The translations under genes were made by a program, and so were the position numbers. A stretch of 64,000 bases of DNA from Hydrolagus colliei (Eukaryota), in NCBI GenBank assembly GCA_035084275.1, contig CM068748.1, forward strand, positions 7,874,001-7,938,000. The letters run 5' to 3'. Below the pieces are notes generated by a model that ran no database searches, had not been told where the DNA came from, and saw only the letters and a program-made list of their open reading frames with translations. How positions within the stretch are numbered: the first letter of the stretch is position 1; every line of letters begins with the position of its first letter. Shown one piece after another: positions 12,793 to 28,008 of the stretch.

Positions 12793-15700
12793 AAACCTGT
12801 ATAATTTCTTCTTATATCAACAAGGACTAATCCAATTAGTTACATAGGTTAAGATTAACTTTTAAGTGTAAATCAGCAGCCCAGTGTGAAGACACTGACA
12901 GTATAAGCAAAGAGAATCAATTGTACATTAAGTCAATACTCCTGCTAGAGGAAGGCAAGGCCATGACAGCATTTCTTCTGCAAAATACTCCTCACATCTC
13001 TTTTTTAAAAACCAATAGCTTACCACAAATCTATCTTGTTGCAATATAGCATCATGGAGACTGTTAATTCTGGGTGATCAGTAGTGATTCTTGTCATGGG
13101 CCTTCAGGGCCTGACAAACTATCAACTTACATGAAAGTAACCTCCCTTGCATCAACAGAGCAGTGCAGTGGCAAACACCTATCTGGTCTCCATAAGTGCA
13201 TGAGAGAAGAGAGAAGATGGATAAGTGAGAAGCCACTGGTACATATTTCCTTCTAAAAGAACATTGTTGGAATTCTTTCATGAATTAAGAGAACTAATTT
13301 AAAAAGTGTGAGAATTAAACAAATAATTAAACAAAATGTTAGAATTAGTACACTATCCAGTAGGATAAGTTAATATATCTAGGGGACAATGAACCTAATT
13401 CAGACAGAATTAATCTTTTATAAATGGCTTTAACCCCCAAAAAACGTTGAGCAATTGAATGTCTAATGGTCATGAGTTAGGATCTTAATATACATTTTCC
13501 ATTCTAACCTTAAGTAGTATTGTAACTTCAATAGACTTATTGTATTTAATTGTTGGAAATCTGCCTTGCTGAGTTTAGGTGCTATTCTTTTATTTAATCT
13601 TGGTTTGTTGTTCCACTTCTTTCATAGGTTTTCTCAAAGCCAGATGAGGTGTTAAGCTTGTTTCTGTTCATCTTGTCATTCACTTTGTGGCAGTATGTGA
13701 GATAGACTTATGCACAAATTGACATTCCCCAATACAATCATTACACTTACAGTAATTACCTGTGAAGTTAATTGGGAATATTTTATAGGTCCTGCATGAA
13801 CTGCAATGGTTATTTTATTTACATCTGTGTATTTTGGGTTCTGCAAGTCTGTAAAACACACTGAACTACCTTAAATTTTAACTGAATACTGTCATGGTTA
13901 TTTGTATTATATTTTCAGGAAATCTGCTGTGCTTTGTATGCAATTTCAGTGACGCATTCGGTGGTACTTGCAGACATTGCACTAAGTGTAACAGCTTCCT
14001 CTTATGACTAAAGTTCCTCCTTTCACAACACCAATGATACTAAAATATCATTGCTCAGCTAACTGACATTGACCCTGTGAAGATTGAATATATATAGCAA
14101 CTAGAAGCAGACATTCCATTTGTCTTGAATGCTAAATATTCTAAAGAAATTGAAAACCGGAAGGTTTAAACAATTTCCTAATCCAAATGTTCAATTCATC
14201 ATACTACACATATGCCATAGGCCTCCGAATCTGAAGTTGGCTGCAGGGCCTGGAGATGTTTGCAAACAAATCCCTCAAACAGCAACAACTTGATCCCAGA
14301 ACAGGAGTTCCCAAGCTTTCTGGGTTCAAGAGACTCCAAGACATTGGGCTTCCCAATTGATGATCCAACAATAAATCCTAAGAAATTGTGCACTTTCCTT
14401 TAATTGCAAACATTTAAAAATTAAAGAAAATAAAATGCACATAATGTTAACGTAGATATCTCACTGAGTTCTGCATGCCTAATGGGATGGGTGTGTCTGG
14501 TAATCTATGCACAAGTCATACTGCGATTTAATTTATCAGTGGCATGTCACACTCCACGTGCAGACATGCTCTAACAATTGTAAGGTTTCCATTAATTTGG
14601 GACTGATTCAATTCAACATTTTTCAAATTAGAGGGGGGAGGGTAGGAAAGAGGAACGAAAATACACATGCGTTGGCCTCTGCAAATTGGCACCTCTCCAT
14701 TATCTAACTCCATTTTCTCCACCCCCACCCTCAAAAAAGCCTAAACTCTGCTGTAATTCTTTGATCACCATCTCCAAGTTTAATTGAAGAAGTCCTTACA
14801 ACACTTGGTCAGGCCACTGAAACTGTTCTCTTTTCAAATTGTATGCCAATTGTATGCTGGTGCTACTATTTCCAAATGCAAGTAAACCTTCTTTCTCCTT
14901 CATGCATCTAATGTTGAGTACTTCAAGTACCAGCTGACCAGGGGAACACCAACTTTACATAAGAGTTGTTCCTGGGAGAAATAGTCAAGACTGCACATTC
15001 AATTTGGCTTTATATCAATTGGTGCACGAGTTTGTATCTACCCTGTGGATCCAGAGTTTTGCAATCCATCTTGCGAGGAAGGCATTATTTGTGTATATGA
15101 AGTTGACTGCTTTGGGTATCCATTTAACGGGTACATTTCAACTGCATCATTTTAAGGTTTTAGATACGTCCTTGTCAATTTCAATGTTCTGAGTCAGAGA
15201 GAAAAAAAGTACGAGGTACGACCACTCTCTTGAGATTAAAAAGGCTCCTCGACAAAGGGCTATATCTTCAGAAACAATAGCACTAATAGACTTATTTCTT
15301 CATCCAATCATCAATATGATTATTTCTACTGAAACACAAAATGTTCTGAGTGTTTATAGACTTCACCCAGTTGCGTGTAACTTTGACTGCTAACGGTCAA
15401 AACTTTAACCATGTTTCACTTGTTTATAGAATATCATTGAGAAAACCAAAGAGTCCCCTCTTGAATGAGGACACTAAAATTCATCCACCCCAATCACTGT
15501 TGAATATCAGTTTGTAATGTTTTCAAAGATTAACACATATCTCAGTGAACTGAATGATACCAACAACTCTTTTCAATTGATGATCCTTTACCAATTTCTA
15601 TGGCCCCAAAAAGTAATATGTGAAGAATTAAAAACTCTTTAATAGGATTCCCACCAGATTTGGTGGAAATTAACACAACAAAGGGATAGCAAGTAAAAAT

Positions 15701-16654
15701 AACTGTGTCAGTCAAGAAACTTGAGATGATAACATTAAGATCAAACAGACCAAGTTGGGACCATAGAACAAATATTTTTTCAAATATCCAAACACTATTC
15801 ACCCCAAAGAAAATCCTTCAAGGAATGGACTTGTAAGAATGCACGTAATAAGCTTTCCAGGCATCCTGATTTAGCTGAAGATATCGAAGATGTGCATCTT
15901 TTTAATTCAAGCATGAAGGATGCAAGCTTCAGACCACAACAAACACTTCAATTACTTATGCTAATCAATGACTGAAAATCTTTTGTTGGTAGAACAAAAA
16001 ATAACATTCCAGAAAGCAAGAATACCAAATAGAACACTACAAAAGAGGCAAAAATTAATCCATAAGATTTTCGTTTAAAAGAAGTGGTTGCTGGACAAAC
16101 TTTAAATGAAAAGAAACGAAATTGCTGACAGGAGGAAAACATGAAGTAGGAATTTCACAGCTGTTGCACAGTCATATGGCCACTTGAAAGAATGATGTCT
16201 TGCTTGCAACACTGTTTGGATAATGGGCTAATTCTATTTTTTGTTGAGTTGATTTTTAAAAACATTTTACAACTGATAAAATTGGGAAGGCTGTGAGAAA
16301 AATACAAAAGGAAACTTATCTCTGATTTATTCCTTAAAACATGTCAAATTACCTGATCTGGAAAAAGGAAATTAAAATAGCCAATCAAATGTAGACTGTC
16401 TTCACCAGAATGGCTCCAAAGAATCTGTTAGCAAAACAGATTGTTCTCAATAATGCCATCAAAGTAAACAAGTGCCTTAAACTTCACCAGAACCTTATTT
16501 TCCCTTCAAAAACACTTATTCACACAACTTTTAATTAGGGTTAGGTTTTTGTTGCCTTTAGTATTACCACACAAATTACATTAATTTAGCAAAATTACAC
16601 ATTTTGAAGAATTATTCAAGACAGAACAACTGAGATCATATGACCAATGCACAG

Positions 16655-19600
16655 TGACAAGAATGAGACTTTAATCAGTTTTATGTGGAGTTTATAACAG
16701 TAAGATAAAGGGTAGTTAAACAACACATACAATAACAATGGAGATCTGATTTTATGAGCAATTACCTGTACAATTCTTACATTTGTTGGTTTACTTTTTG
16801 TGTATTCTCAGTGCATAGCATTACACACAGAGCAAATAGCTGCACAGCACAATAGTATCTTTAACAGGCTGAATTGCAATAAGGCTGTTTTACAGGCTGA
16901 AAATATATTTTGTATACATATTCTATATGAAATGAAATCCAAATCTGACAGGCAGAGCAGCAGGCAGCTTTGTCCTACACTGCAGTGAAGCCCCTTTATA
17001 GTGCACAGTTCCACCCTTTCCATCTGCATGCATGATGACAGAATTTAACAGTATTTTAAGTAAACAAGAGGCACTTTGTGGCAACCACAGGCTTTGTTAA
17101 ACATATTGCACAAATCTGGTATTACTAATGACGTGGACTCTCACACTGGCACCTTATGAATATTTTAAAGCTGAAACTTGGATATTTGATGCTGCCTGTG
17201 AAATCCACTCAGCCTATACCTTGTGCCACAGTGCAGGACCCCTGAGGCTACCCATGCAACTGCCATTTCTGATTTACTGTGGCAAATATATTTCAGTGGG
17301 GCTACAGATGATTAAGGATGGCCAGGTAAAATCTTTTACAGTGATGCCGTCAACAAACAATTTCAGACATTAAGCCGCTGCACATCCAAATAATTTTTAT
17401 TAAGCATATAGTCTGGAAACTCAAGTGATAACCTACAGAATGTATTTTCCGGACTAATTATGAATACTGTCATAAATAAAAAAAAGACCGGACAACTTTT
17501 TCAGTCAAAGTAATGCATGATCTGGCTCGACAGGGATGGTATCAATACAAGAATATGAAAACATACTAATGCCAATTTTTCCACCTTCAGCATGCAAAGC
17601 CTTTGGAAGGTTTGGAAAAGTTGTTTATGGACCCCAATACACCCTCGATTTTTAACAGAAAATGAAAAAAACTCTTACAGTGCAAAAGCCCAGTACAATA
17701 TGCAGCTGCTCTTACCCGGCCCCTTAGCGTTTTACGTGACACTGTGATTTTTATAATCAGTGTTCTAAAGATGAAAGGGCCGTCTCTTTTCCCATTATGT
17801 GAAAGGGAAAATAAAGCTGTATAAATACTTTGCCTGAAGCACAAGCTAAGTATTTCCAAGGCATGTAAGGCAGGAAAGGTTTCCTTCACTTGTTTTTATG
17901 CACCTTTTACAAACTGGCTTTTATTGCCTGCTCCTGGTTCTCAAAATTTCCTTTTTATTATCAATATAAAAATAAGATTTAGTGGTAAACGTCTTTATGA
18001 AAGATGATATACATAAGGAAACTCTTCACAAGTGGCATGTCTCAAACGTTCAGTTGTAATTAACAGAAGTGAATGAATTCTGAAAGGGAGGGGGGAATGA
18101 ATGAAAATTAAAAAAACAAGGTTCCATCAATAAAAGAAAACTGTCAATAGAAGCTTATAATTTCATCTAGGAACCTTTATTTCCTTCCCTCTTGAGCTAC
18201 ATTTGTCCAATCCTCTTTCGCTGCACAACTCATGCTCTGCACATTAGCTTTTGGACAGTTTTGAAGCACCACTACAAAGAAAGATCTAAAAGACTCAGTT
18301 TATAGTAAGAACAGACACCTGAACTGAAACATCTAGACACTAGCCAACACTAAATGTTTTGGGGAATTACTTCCAGGCCTAACTGGACGTAATGTTGGTT
18401 GTCCATCACCAATCGGCCAAGCATATTAATCTCTGTGCTGAAGTAGTGAAACTAACAGATAAAATTTAATGCAATAACCTCCAGCAAAATACCGTTTTCC
18501 AACTAAAACGTTATTATCTCTTGGAAAGAGGACATATTGTGGGCTGTTAAATGGCTCACATCAGACTACCTTTTCTGTAGTCTGGGCAACTCCATTTGGC
18601 TGGCCCCTATGGGAGTATGCAGTTCTATTTTCTTACAATTACAGGAAATGACAACAGCTACCAGTTTAATACATTAACCAACAGAGCACAACAGAATTTC
18701 ATTTCATGCTGCTACTAATGATCAAGGTATACACAGTTTGCTAGAACATGAATACAAGAATCCTCATTTCTAATGTTAAAATCCTGTGTGTATACAATTA
18801 CCTCTTGTTAAAATCTGTTGAAACATCAGTTACAACAGTTTTTCCGGTTTACTCACATGTAACACAAACTACACATGGAACATACGTCACCTAAATATGC
18901 TGCATACTCCCAATCCATATTTTCTCTTACTACATTTCATATGCCCATACTAGATCTGGAGGAAAAAAGGCAACTTGCCAATAGAAATAAGAAATAAAGC
19001 AACTAGTAACTACTCAAAACGTAACAAAGGTTATATAGATACTGACTGACTTAAAGTCCAAAACAGTAATATCTAAAGAATGATCAACTTCGAGCACTGG
19101 CCTTGGTTACACAGGACATAGTGGAGCAGCACCAATTAAAATAACTCTAGCTAACTTATTAAATCATTGTAAAATTCTCCTTTATCCATAAACTGTCATA
19201 ACTTTGAGCTGACATACTGCCACATTTCTAAGGTTGAGTCAATTTTACCAAGGGACTCCAGCTTGCGACACCCCAAGAAAGGAAGGAAAAGCTTGAAAAT
19301 TACCCTATTTGGACTCCACAATGTGTAGATCTGTGGGCCTGCAAGATTTTTATTTTGTCCAAGGTTCAAGCCTCTTCCCAGAAAGAATTGCTCCATGCAG
19401 CTGCCTCTTCTAGCACCACTGTGCTTTGAAAGCACAAAAAGCAAGCAGCAGTAGCAGCCGATTCCACAACCTGCCAGGCTTAACACCTCAGAGAAAGGTG
19501 CAAACATTGTACTTTAGGTGGTACTGCAACCAATCTTGTTCCTTTCTGCGCATCCTTTCTAATCCCTTTACCCCAAACATGCATTTTATGCAAACCTTTT

Positions 19601-20066
19601 CCAAAATCCTCCTAGCCATTAACAGACTGATCTGTTTTTTTTTGTGGGGGGGGCAGGGCATAAACCCTTTGTACAGATAAGTTAGCACCTAATGTTGGCA
19701 ACATAACACAAAAGGAAAAATTTTCCTACATACACACCAGATCTGTCTCCACTTTTTATAAAACTGGAATTAAATGGGAAAGTGCCTCCTTTTTCCTGAT
19801 TGCGCTTTTATATGTCATTTGACACAAAAAAATGTATATACATAACATATCTACGCAATCTTTTCCATTGGACAACAGTGTCAAAACCTCGTGGATGTAT
19901 GTATGGGGCTAAACAACATTGGTCAGGAAAAGATCATTGTTCCTATAGTCGGTGTAGCATTTTACTTGACACATTGTCCTATTGCCATTAAAAAAGGTAC
20001 TTGCTTTCAGTTTCTTCAAGTTTGTTTCCTTTTTCTCTCATAGTTTTAATTTCCCATAAAAATATT
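16655..20066 (-). other. PTEN: PTEN 3'UTR (about 3.4 kb)
   Basis: Many blocks resemble the human PTEN 3'UTR (e.g. TTCCAGTTTTATAAAAAGTGGAGACAGA); ends ...CTGATTAAAGTCTCATTCTTGTCA like the human 3.3-kb isoform. Confidence 0.85.
16670..16675 (-). terminator. PTEN poly(A) signal ATTAAA
   Basis: ATTAAA about 15 nt before a CA cleavage candidate, in a context matching the human site. Confidence 0.75.
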
Positions 20067-20288
<222 letters not shown>

Positions 20289-22201
20289 TTAGGCAGGTTA
20301 CTCATCGATTTTCAATTATTCTCACATTCTGGAGCAACTACTGTAATTTGCATTTCAAAGTTAAAAGGCACTTCCTATGGTTCATAAAACAGACTAATGT
20401 TTCTAGAAAGCACCACTAAAAATACCATATTTATGATAAAAGCTTCTGATAGTATTGCAGTAACATTGACTCTTTCGGTGCAAGAATAAATCATGCATGC
20501 ATAACAAAATAAATTGCTGACTAATTAAACTCTTTACCTACGTGTAAAATAGCACCAAGGCAGCATATCCAGCATTCAATAGTTACACATAAGAATTATG
20601 TAATCACATGCGTCACATACAGGAACACTCCGTAATGAGTATGGTCCTGATTTTTAGGTGAACTTTTAGGTAAGTTCAGCAGAATAATAGACACCCTCAG
20701 AGGTGAAATGAGCTCTAGAATCCGCGCGGATACCAAGCTGGTGTGAAATAGATAACAGACAGCAGACAAACAGACCAATGACTAGAATACTCAATGTTTT
20801 TGTCCAGGTACACCATGACATTTGGTAAAGAATTGTTACTGTTGAAAACTAAATGCCGAATAAGAGATGTGTCACAGGCTTGTAAAGAGGTCAGCAGCAT
20901 CAAAAACAACTAGTGGTTTCTGAGAGAACTGAAACACCTGGTAGCTTGGAAAGCATTAGGTTGGGCATACCGCCACTAGTTCTGAAAATAGTTTCCTTGT
21001 CTTCTAGAATAGGGTCCCAACCAGCCAGCTACCCATGTCTAATAGTCATCAAGAGATACAGCTGGTACCTTAAGAATAGTTTTGAGCTCATGGTTGATGC
21101 TCGAAGACTACAATCCATTCATCTTCCTCTTTAAAGGTTGAATGATTACCCACCTCACTTGGAAAAACCCAATGAAAGAGTGTGGATGACCGCCACCTAC
21201 AAGTTTAGTGTTAGGGACTGAATTGGTGCTGATGTATGCAGAGCCAGTATCATAAATTGGTGCAAAGATTGAAAGAGTAATCATAATTTGGCATTTGTTG
21301 TGAAAAACACTGCTCACTATAATGGATGACTTTGGACTAAATAAATTATTGTCTCTCCGTGACTAACATTTTCTATTTGGAAGAACTGTTTATCCTGAGA
21401 TTAGTTGTATTCGTTTGTTGTGCATCAGGGTCAATCAGGCTTAGAACAAATTGAAGGTGGCTGCTTCAAGGGAGTTACATTCACATTTTTTTTGAGTCTC
21501 TGAAGAACCCAATACCTTCTCCCTAAACATATGAGTTAGTGTGGAATACTGTTTGTGTAGTTCATCTTTTCTGGAATGTTTGAGAATATCATAAATTAGT
21601 ATATTGACTGAAAGAGTAATTGTAATTTGTCATTCTCTGAATTGATTCAACTGTAGGCTGGTGCATTGGGAAAAAACTGAACTTGATCATTCTCATCCAC
21701 ATCATAGTCTACGCAGCATATAGGGAATTAAATCTAAAAATGCTTTCTTTCAGTTTTGAAAGTTTCACTTTTGAAAGTTGTACAACCTTAGAAAAGGATC
21801 CATAACATACAGGTATCCTTAAATATTTACCTTCAGTGATCCTGAAGTTAGGTGCTGGATTAGCTACAATTGACCACCTCAAATAGGCCAAAACTGAATA
21901 AAGCATGAAAATGTAAAAACTAACTTTTTTGGAAGCTCAACAAAATGTTATGGAATTTAAACAAATTGCAAGGATTACAGCACCAATTCACACGGCACAC
22001 AAAACAAATCTACTTACAAATAATCAAGGGAGCAGTTCAGAATGACATTACACATTAGAAATGGAGACAAGAGAAAGACAAGGACCATAATAGCTGCACA
22101 ATGCAGGCAAAATTATTCCTTGTTAATTGATTCCTTCAAAAGACACCAAGATGATAAAATATTCAGCCAGATATCTTGGAGGTATCTACTCCAAGGTACT
22201 T

Positions 22202-22500
22202 TGGAGCTCAGTAGTTAGAGCACTCGCCTTACAAACATGAGACCTGTGTTTCGAATCCAGGTAGGTCAGGCCGAAACCTTGGGCAAGTTTCCTTACGCCT
22301 AATAATAATCCATCCCCCTAAAAACTATAATCAATTGGTCAGTTCAATCCATGACTGTTTGTGGGACACTGCTGTGCGCAATTGGCTGCCCCGTTTCGCC
22401 CACAAATAATGAATTCACTTTACAATATATTTTATGAAACACTTTGAGACATCTACAAGACATGAAAAGAGCTATATCAAATGCAAGGATTATTATTGTT
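22202..22500 (+). mobile_element. tRNA-derived SINE in PTEN intron 8
   Basis: AGCTCAGTAGTTAGAGCACTCGCCTTACAA...TTCGAATCC head; same body and tail. Confidence 0.85.
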
Positions 22501-22620
22501 ACTCAAAAAGACCATTACAAAATGACAATAAAAATGAATAGTGAAGAAACAGTAGAATTAATGAATACAAAAGCACGCAGCAAGGTTTAAGCTTGGCAAA
22601 ATATTAGACTTAAATTTTCA

Positions 22621-22893
<273 letters not shown>

Positions 22894-23714
22894 TTATCAA
22901 TCCTAAATTACATCATTTAATATAGCATGAACGTTATGAATCGCATTTTAAAACCAATGATAGATGTGATGCAAAATAAAGCTCTGGTATTACATCACTG
23001 TGATCTTAACTCCCTTGAGTGTACTTGAAATTTTTATTCTTTAAACCTAAGCAAAATGGCAATTTAATAATTCTCTTGGTCGGTGGTGGACGTTTTGACA
23101 GAAAACCGTGAGATTGTCAACTCCTGAAGCATGATATTGGAACAGAAATATTGTACCACGGTTAGTTATTAACGCTCAACTAATACAATTATAACTTTTG
23201 CTCCTAACAAATCTGGGTAAACAAAAGAATATGGAACTCTTTGAATCTGAAGTGTGGAGCTTTAAGAGTGTAGGTACTTTATATCTTTCAACCATTTGAA
23301 GGTTTCATGTGGAATACAATACAGTACATGTCAAAAAAGTAGGGGACTAATAGTTGATTTGTCTGTTGTGCTGAAGTAGATTACAGCATCTTATTCAAAG
23401 TTTTCTCCAGGGTAGGCCATGCTTCCAGAAGAACGAGATGAAACTTTGAAGCTCATGGTTGTTAAAGCATTTTGTTTTACTGATTCCACAAGTTTGAAGG
23501 ATCCTACATGAGCTTGCTTTAGGAAGAGCGACAAGAGGAAGATATCTATAGCTATTAGAATAAACAACATAATACTGGATAGATTTTCCTGATGTACTCA
23601 CTAAAAATGTTTTAATATTTGAACAAGCAGTAGAAAACTGTGAAAAGATAACTGCAGATGGTACGCATCCTGGAGAAGCACAAGGAGAGGGGAAAGGACA
23701 AAAGTTACAAAGTA

Positions 23715-24085
23715 CAGTAAAAGCTTGGTTATCCAGCACCTAACCAACCGGAACGCTCAACCAAACGGTATTTCCTAATACAATTCACCATTCCAGCAAT
23801 CGGATCTCATATCGGAGCCACCTGGGACACTCGCGGTATGCTCATTTTGCGCATGCGCACTTATTAAAGTTACCGAATGTTGGAATTTCTATTTTACTGA
23901 TTATTTTACCGAGTGTGCTGGAATGCTTTATTGGTAAGTACCCATACAATATTCTGTTATTAGTTAGTCTATTATTAATATGGTATGTTTTAAAATAAAT
24001 AATTTTTTTGTGTAGGATTTTCGGCAACTTGTCGCTCGAATATCCGGTCAGGTCCTGAGGGTACTGGATAACAAAGCTTTTACTG
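23715..24085. mobile_element. Tc1/mariner (Tigger/pogo-like) MITE
   Basis: TIR CAGTAAAAGCTT(G/T)GTTATCCAG(C/T)ACC, flanked by TA. Confidence 0.85.
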
Positions 24086-24517
24086 TAATATTTTTAAACT
24101 GGCTTCTTATGAAATAGCAAAATGGAAAATTGTTATAATGAGAAAAACTTAATCCACTAAAAGTTTATTTTAAATGAGTTTGTCCCAGTGTCCTGCCCCA
24201 AAATCTCCCAAATAAAACAGAGATTTCATTCCACAGCTACTTGTGGGACATTTCTGCAGGCAAATTGGCTGCTGTGTTCATCTATAAAAATCACTACGCT
24301 TTGTAGTAAATCATGTGAAGCACTTTGAAAGGTACTATTTCAAATGCAAAGATTATTATAATAAACATTGTTTGTTTCCCTAATAAATAAGCAAAGGTAG
24401 CTACAATCTTTTTTTAATTACTCCGCAGATCGATAGTTTAATCCATCACTTTCTTTCCCAAAGGCCATATAATTTTGCTTAAACATCACAAAGTAGATTC
24501 CCTGCTTAATTCAGCTA

Positions 24518-24726
24518 CAGTAAAAGCCCGTTTATCCGGCACCCTTGGGACCTGACCAATGCCAGTTAAAGTGCATGCCGGGTATTCGGCCAATAACGCA
24601 AAAATAAATAAATAAATTTCAATTCCCAATTGCCAATTCCGGTTAATCGAATGCAGACTTTTTGGTGTGATTCTGGGTAAACGAAAGTTGCGGTTGATCA
24701 GGTGCTGGATAAATGGGGTTTTACTG
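24518..24726. mobile_element. Tigger-like MITE
   Basis: TIR CAGTAAAAGCCCGTTTATCCGGCACC / GGTGCTGGATAAATGGGGTTTTACTG; TA TSD. Confidence 0.85.
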
Positions 24727-25132
24727 TAGATAGATCACAGAATATTTTAAATTAGAATTGAGTTTAAATTAATACAAAAGTAAAACAATGTTTTCTCTTG
24801 TTAGGACTACCTTTAAACCCTTTCATTAGCTAACTCAAAAGGTTTTGAGTGATCCTCAAAAGGTTTTCATATAATTGATCTGGTCATTATACCTATTTAC
24901 ACCTCCCGACGTGAAAGGTGCTCTATACATGTAATTTTATTATTATTGTTTAAGATTGTTGTTTTCACCAATTAAGCAGCAATATCTTCAATGGCAGTAT
25001 AAAGTGGACATCATTAATAGGTGAAATTTATACTTTTGGGGGGGAAAAAGGGCATGGATATCAAAATTCCCTTAGCACAATTAGAATAAACTTGCTAAAT
25101 GCCTCATTGTATATCAAAGATTTATACTCTCA

Positions 25133-25366
<234 letters not shown>

Positions 25367-25559
25367 TTATCACAAAGGTAAAAGTAAAGCTAGCCATAAG
25401 CAAAAAGCGTATATTAATATATCATTGCTCAGTTTGTAAAGCATCATAGAACAATAAACAAATGGAGTTATCACAAAAATGCCCCCAAGAGCCATTGCCA
25501 GAGGTTTTAGGTAAATATATTGGTTTAGGAAATTATTTTTATAAAACAAACAAGAATAC

Positions 25560-25890
25560 TAATCCTTGCATTTGACATAATACCTTGGTGAAACATCTCA
25601 AATGCTTCACAGGATTTATTTCATAGTGATTACATTTGTTGGAAAACATGGCAACCAATTTGCATGTAGCGATGTCCCACAAACGGCCATGAAGTGAACA
25701 ACCAATTTTTCCTAGGGGTTTGTTGGCCTCACGAGCTACTAGGAGAAACTGCCTCCTGTTTTCAATAGATTTATGGGATCTTTATCATTCACCCTTGAAC
25801 AGATAAACGGAACATTGATTTAACATCGCATTCTAAGCAGCATCTCTGACAATGCAGCGCGCCATAGCATTCTACTGAAGTATTAACTGA
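25560..25890 (-). mobile_element. DeuSINE-like element in PTEN intron 6
   Basis: Reverse complement of the Deu-like core and SINE tail. Confidence 0.55.
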
Positions 25891-26031
25891 AAATGTTTGC
25901 CTTAGTTTTTGCACAATTTAACACTTTTCATTGGAATTTTATATTTTCATTTAATTTCCACAGCATTGACAGCAGCCTTACAGTCTTTTTTTTCCCCCCA
26001 ATACAAGATTATTTATTTTTTAAAAAGGTCA

Positions 26032-26196
<165 letters not shown>

Positions 26197-26897
26197 TTAT
26201 CAAGTGAATACTTTGAAGTTTTTACTATTACTAAGGAGAATTTTCATCCCAAATCTTAAAACCAATCTATTTCTACAGTCCATGTATTACCATGCTCCAT
26301 GCACACTTTAAAACAGATTATGCATAGTTTATCAATTCTTGAAACATTTACACAGAAACATTGTAATACTAGCTCTTCCTTTGCATTCTGTCCAGGAATG
26401 TATAGACGAGGGCTAGATTTATCCCAAGCTAATAGTCAAAAGTTAACGGTGGCATTTTTTAGACCAGTGATAACTTTAGAATTCTAAATTTAAAAAAAAT
26501 TGTTCCTCCCCTAGATATAGTGAATATCTAAACGTAGTGAAAACTCACTATTAAAGGCTCTTGCCCTATTTTACTCTCATTGGGGAGTTTGGATGTGTCA
26601 CCATCAGTTTCAAATGTGTGGGAGTTTCAGATGCTATCAAATGCAATCCATATGGCAGTCCATAAAGAGGCCTCGGAGTGACTTAAAAAAAGCATTCACC
26701 CAGTTGTCAAGAAAGATAATACTTAAAAGCTGGTGCTTTCAGTTGATTTATTCCCTGGGACGGCTGCACATTCTAAAATCCTGGCTCAGAAAAGGTTTTT
26801 TAAAAAAAAGCATCTATATAAGCACTTTTCCTTTAGTAAATGTTAGTAATTATTTTTTCACACATTTTGTAAGCCACTAAAACAAAGACTACTTTCA

Positions 26898-27173
<276 letters not shown>

Positions 27174-27430
27174 CTAAATCTTGTGGTATAGATATGTTAG
27201 CTGATACTGAATAAAGATTTTATTAAAGGCGTCTTCACGATAGGTTAATGTTTGTTCTGCCTTTTCAAAAACTCCTGCTACATATAACGCCAGCATACAA
27301 AACACTAATGCACGATTCATTATTAACGGTTTCAAATGAAAATGCAAGCAGAATAACTTGGTAGTACAGAATTTGGCCCTCTTTCTATGAATTAATCTCA
27401 TAAAGCAAGTTCCCTGAACAGTTAACTCAC

Positions 27431-27474
27431 CTCGGCAATTAAATTTAGTAGCATCATAATGTCTTTCCGCACAT
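27431..27474 (-). CDS. PTEN: PTEN exon 4 (CAERHYDATKFNCR)
   Basis: 44 nt, AG/GTGAGT boundaries; contains the C71 equivalent. Confidence 0.97.
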
Positions 27475-27917
27475 CTAAAAAGAAAGAAAAACAAAAGTTA
27501 ATCCTAATAATTGAATTGTAAATTACCACATAAATATCTTTTTCGTTTTTAAAAAAAAGTTTTTGGGTGGCCCGTGCAAGCAGTTTCTACATATAAAAAA
27601 ATACAAATTAAAGCTTTCAATGTGGGGTTCCCCGATTCAAGGACCTAGAAGTGTCATCCTTCAAAACAGTTCTTAATGATAAATTGGATTTAAACTAATC
27701 TTTTTGAAGATATTTAAAAATACTTCTCAACACCACATTAAACTCGTCCAATAAGTGCCCATCAAGATGAAACCCTTCCTTTTATTATAAACTGCTATTA
27801 AATCTATAATTTATCATAAGAATCAACTATCTAAAATCAACATTTCATTTAAGTAATCAGGAATTAAAGCAGCGTTCCAACATAAAGATCCTTAGCGCAG
27901 TTTGCAAATGTGCAGCG

Positions 27918-27936
27918 ACACACACACACACACACA
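27918..27936. repeat. (CA)n microsatellite
   Basis: Read directly. Confidence 0.9.
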
Positions 27937-28008
27937 GTATCAATACTTTCACTATCTTGGAACATAGAACGATGGCTTGATTCATTTTAAATGTCAAATG
28001 TAAGTTGC

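Noticed and set aside
14200-15950. Coding-like composition, possibly a decayed transposon or viral ORF
   Set aside because: Frames I read are interrupted by stops and show no recognisable motif; needs tBLASTx/HMM search
21235-21640. Short diverged direct similarity (ATCATAAATT.GT...TGAAAGAGTAAT..TAATTTG.CATT) at about 21249 and 21588
   Set aside because: Only about 45 bp and probably two fragments of an old repeat; family not identifiable
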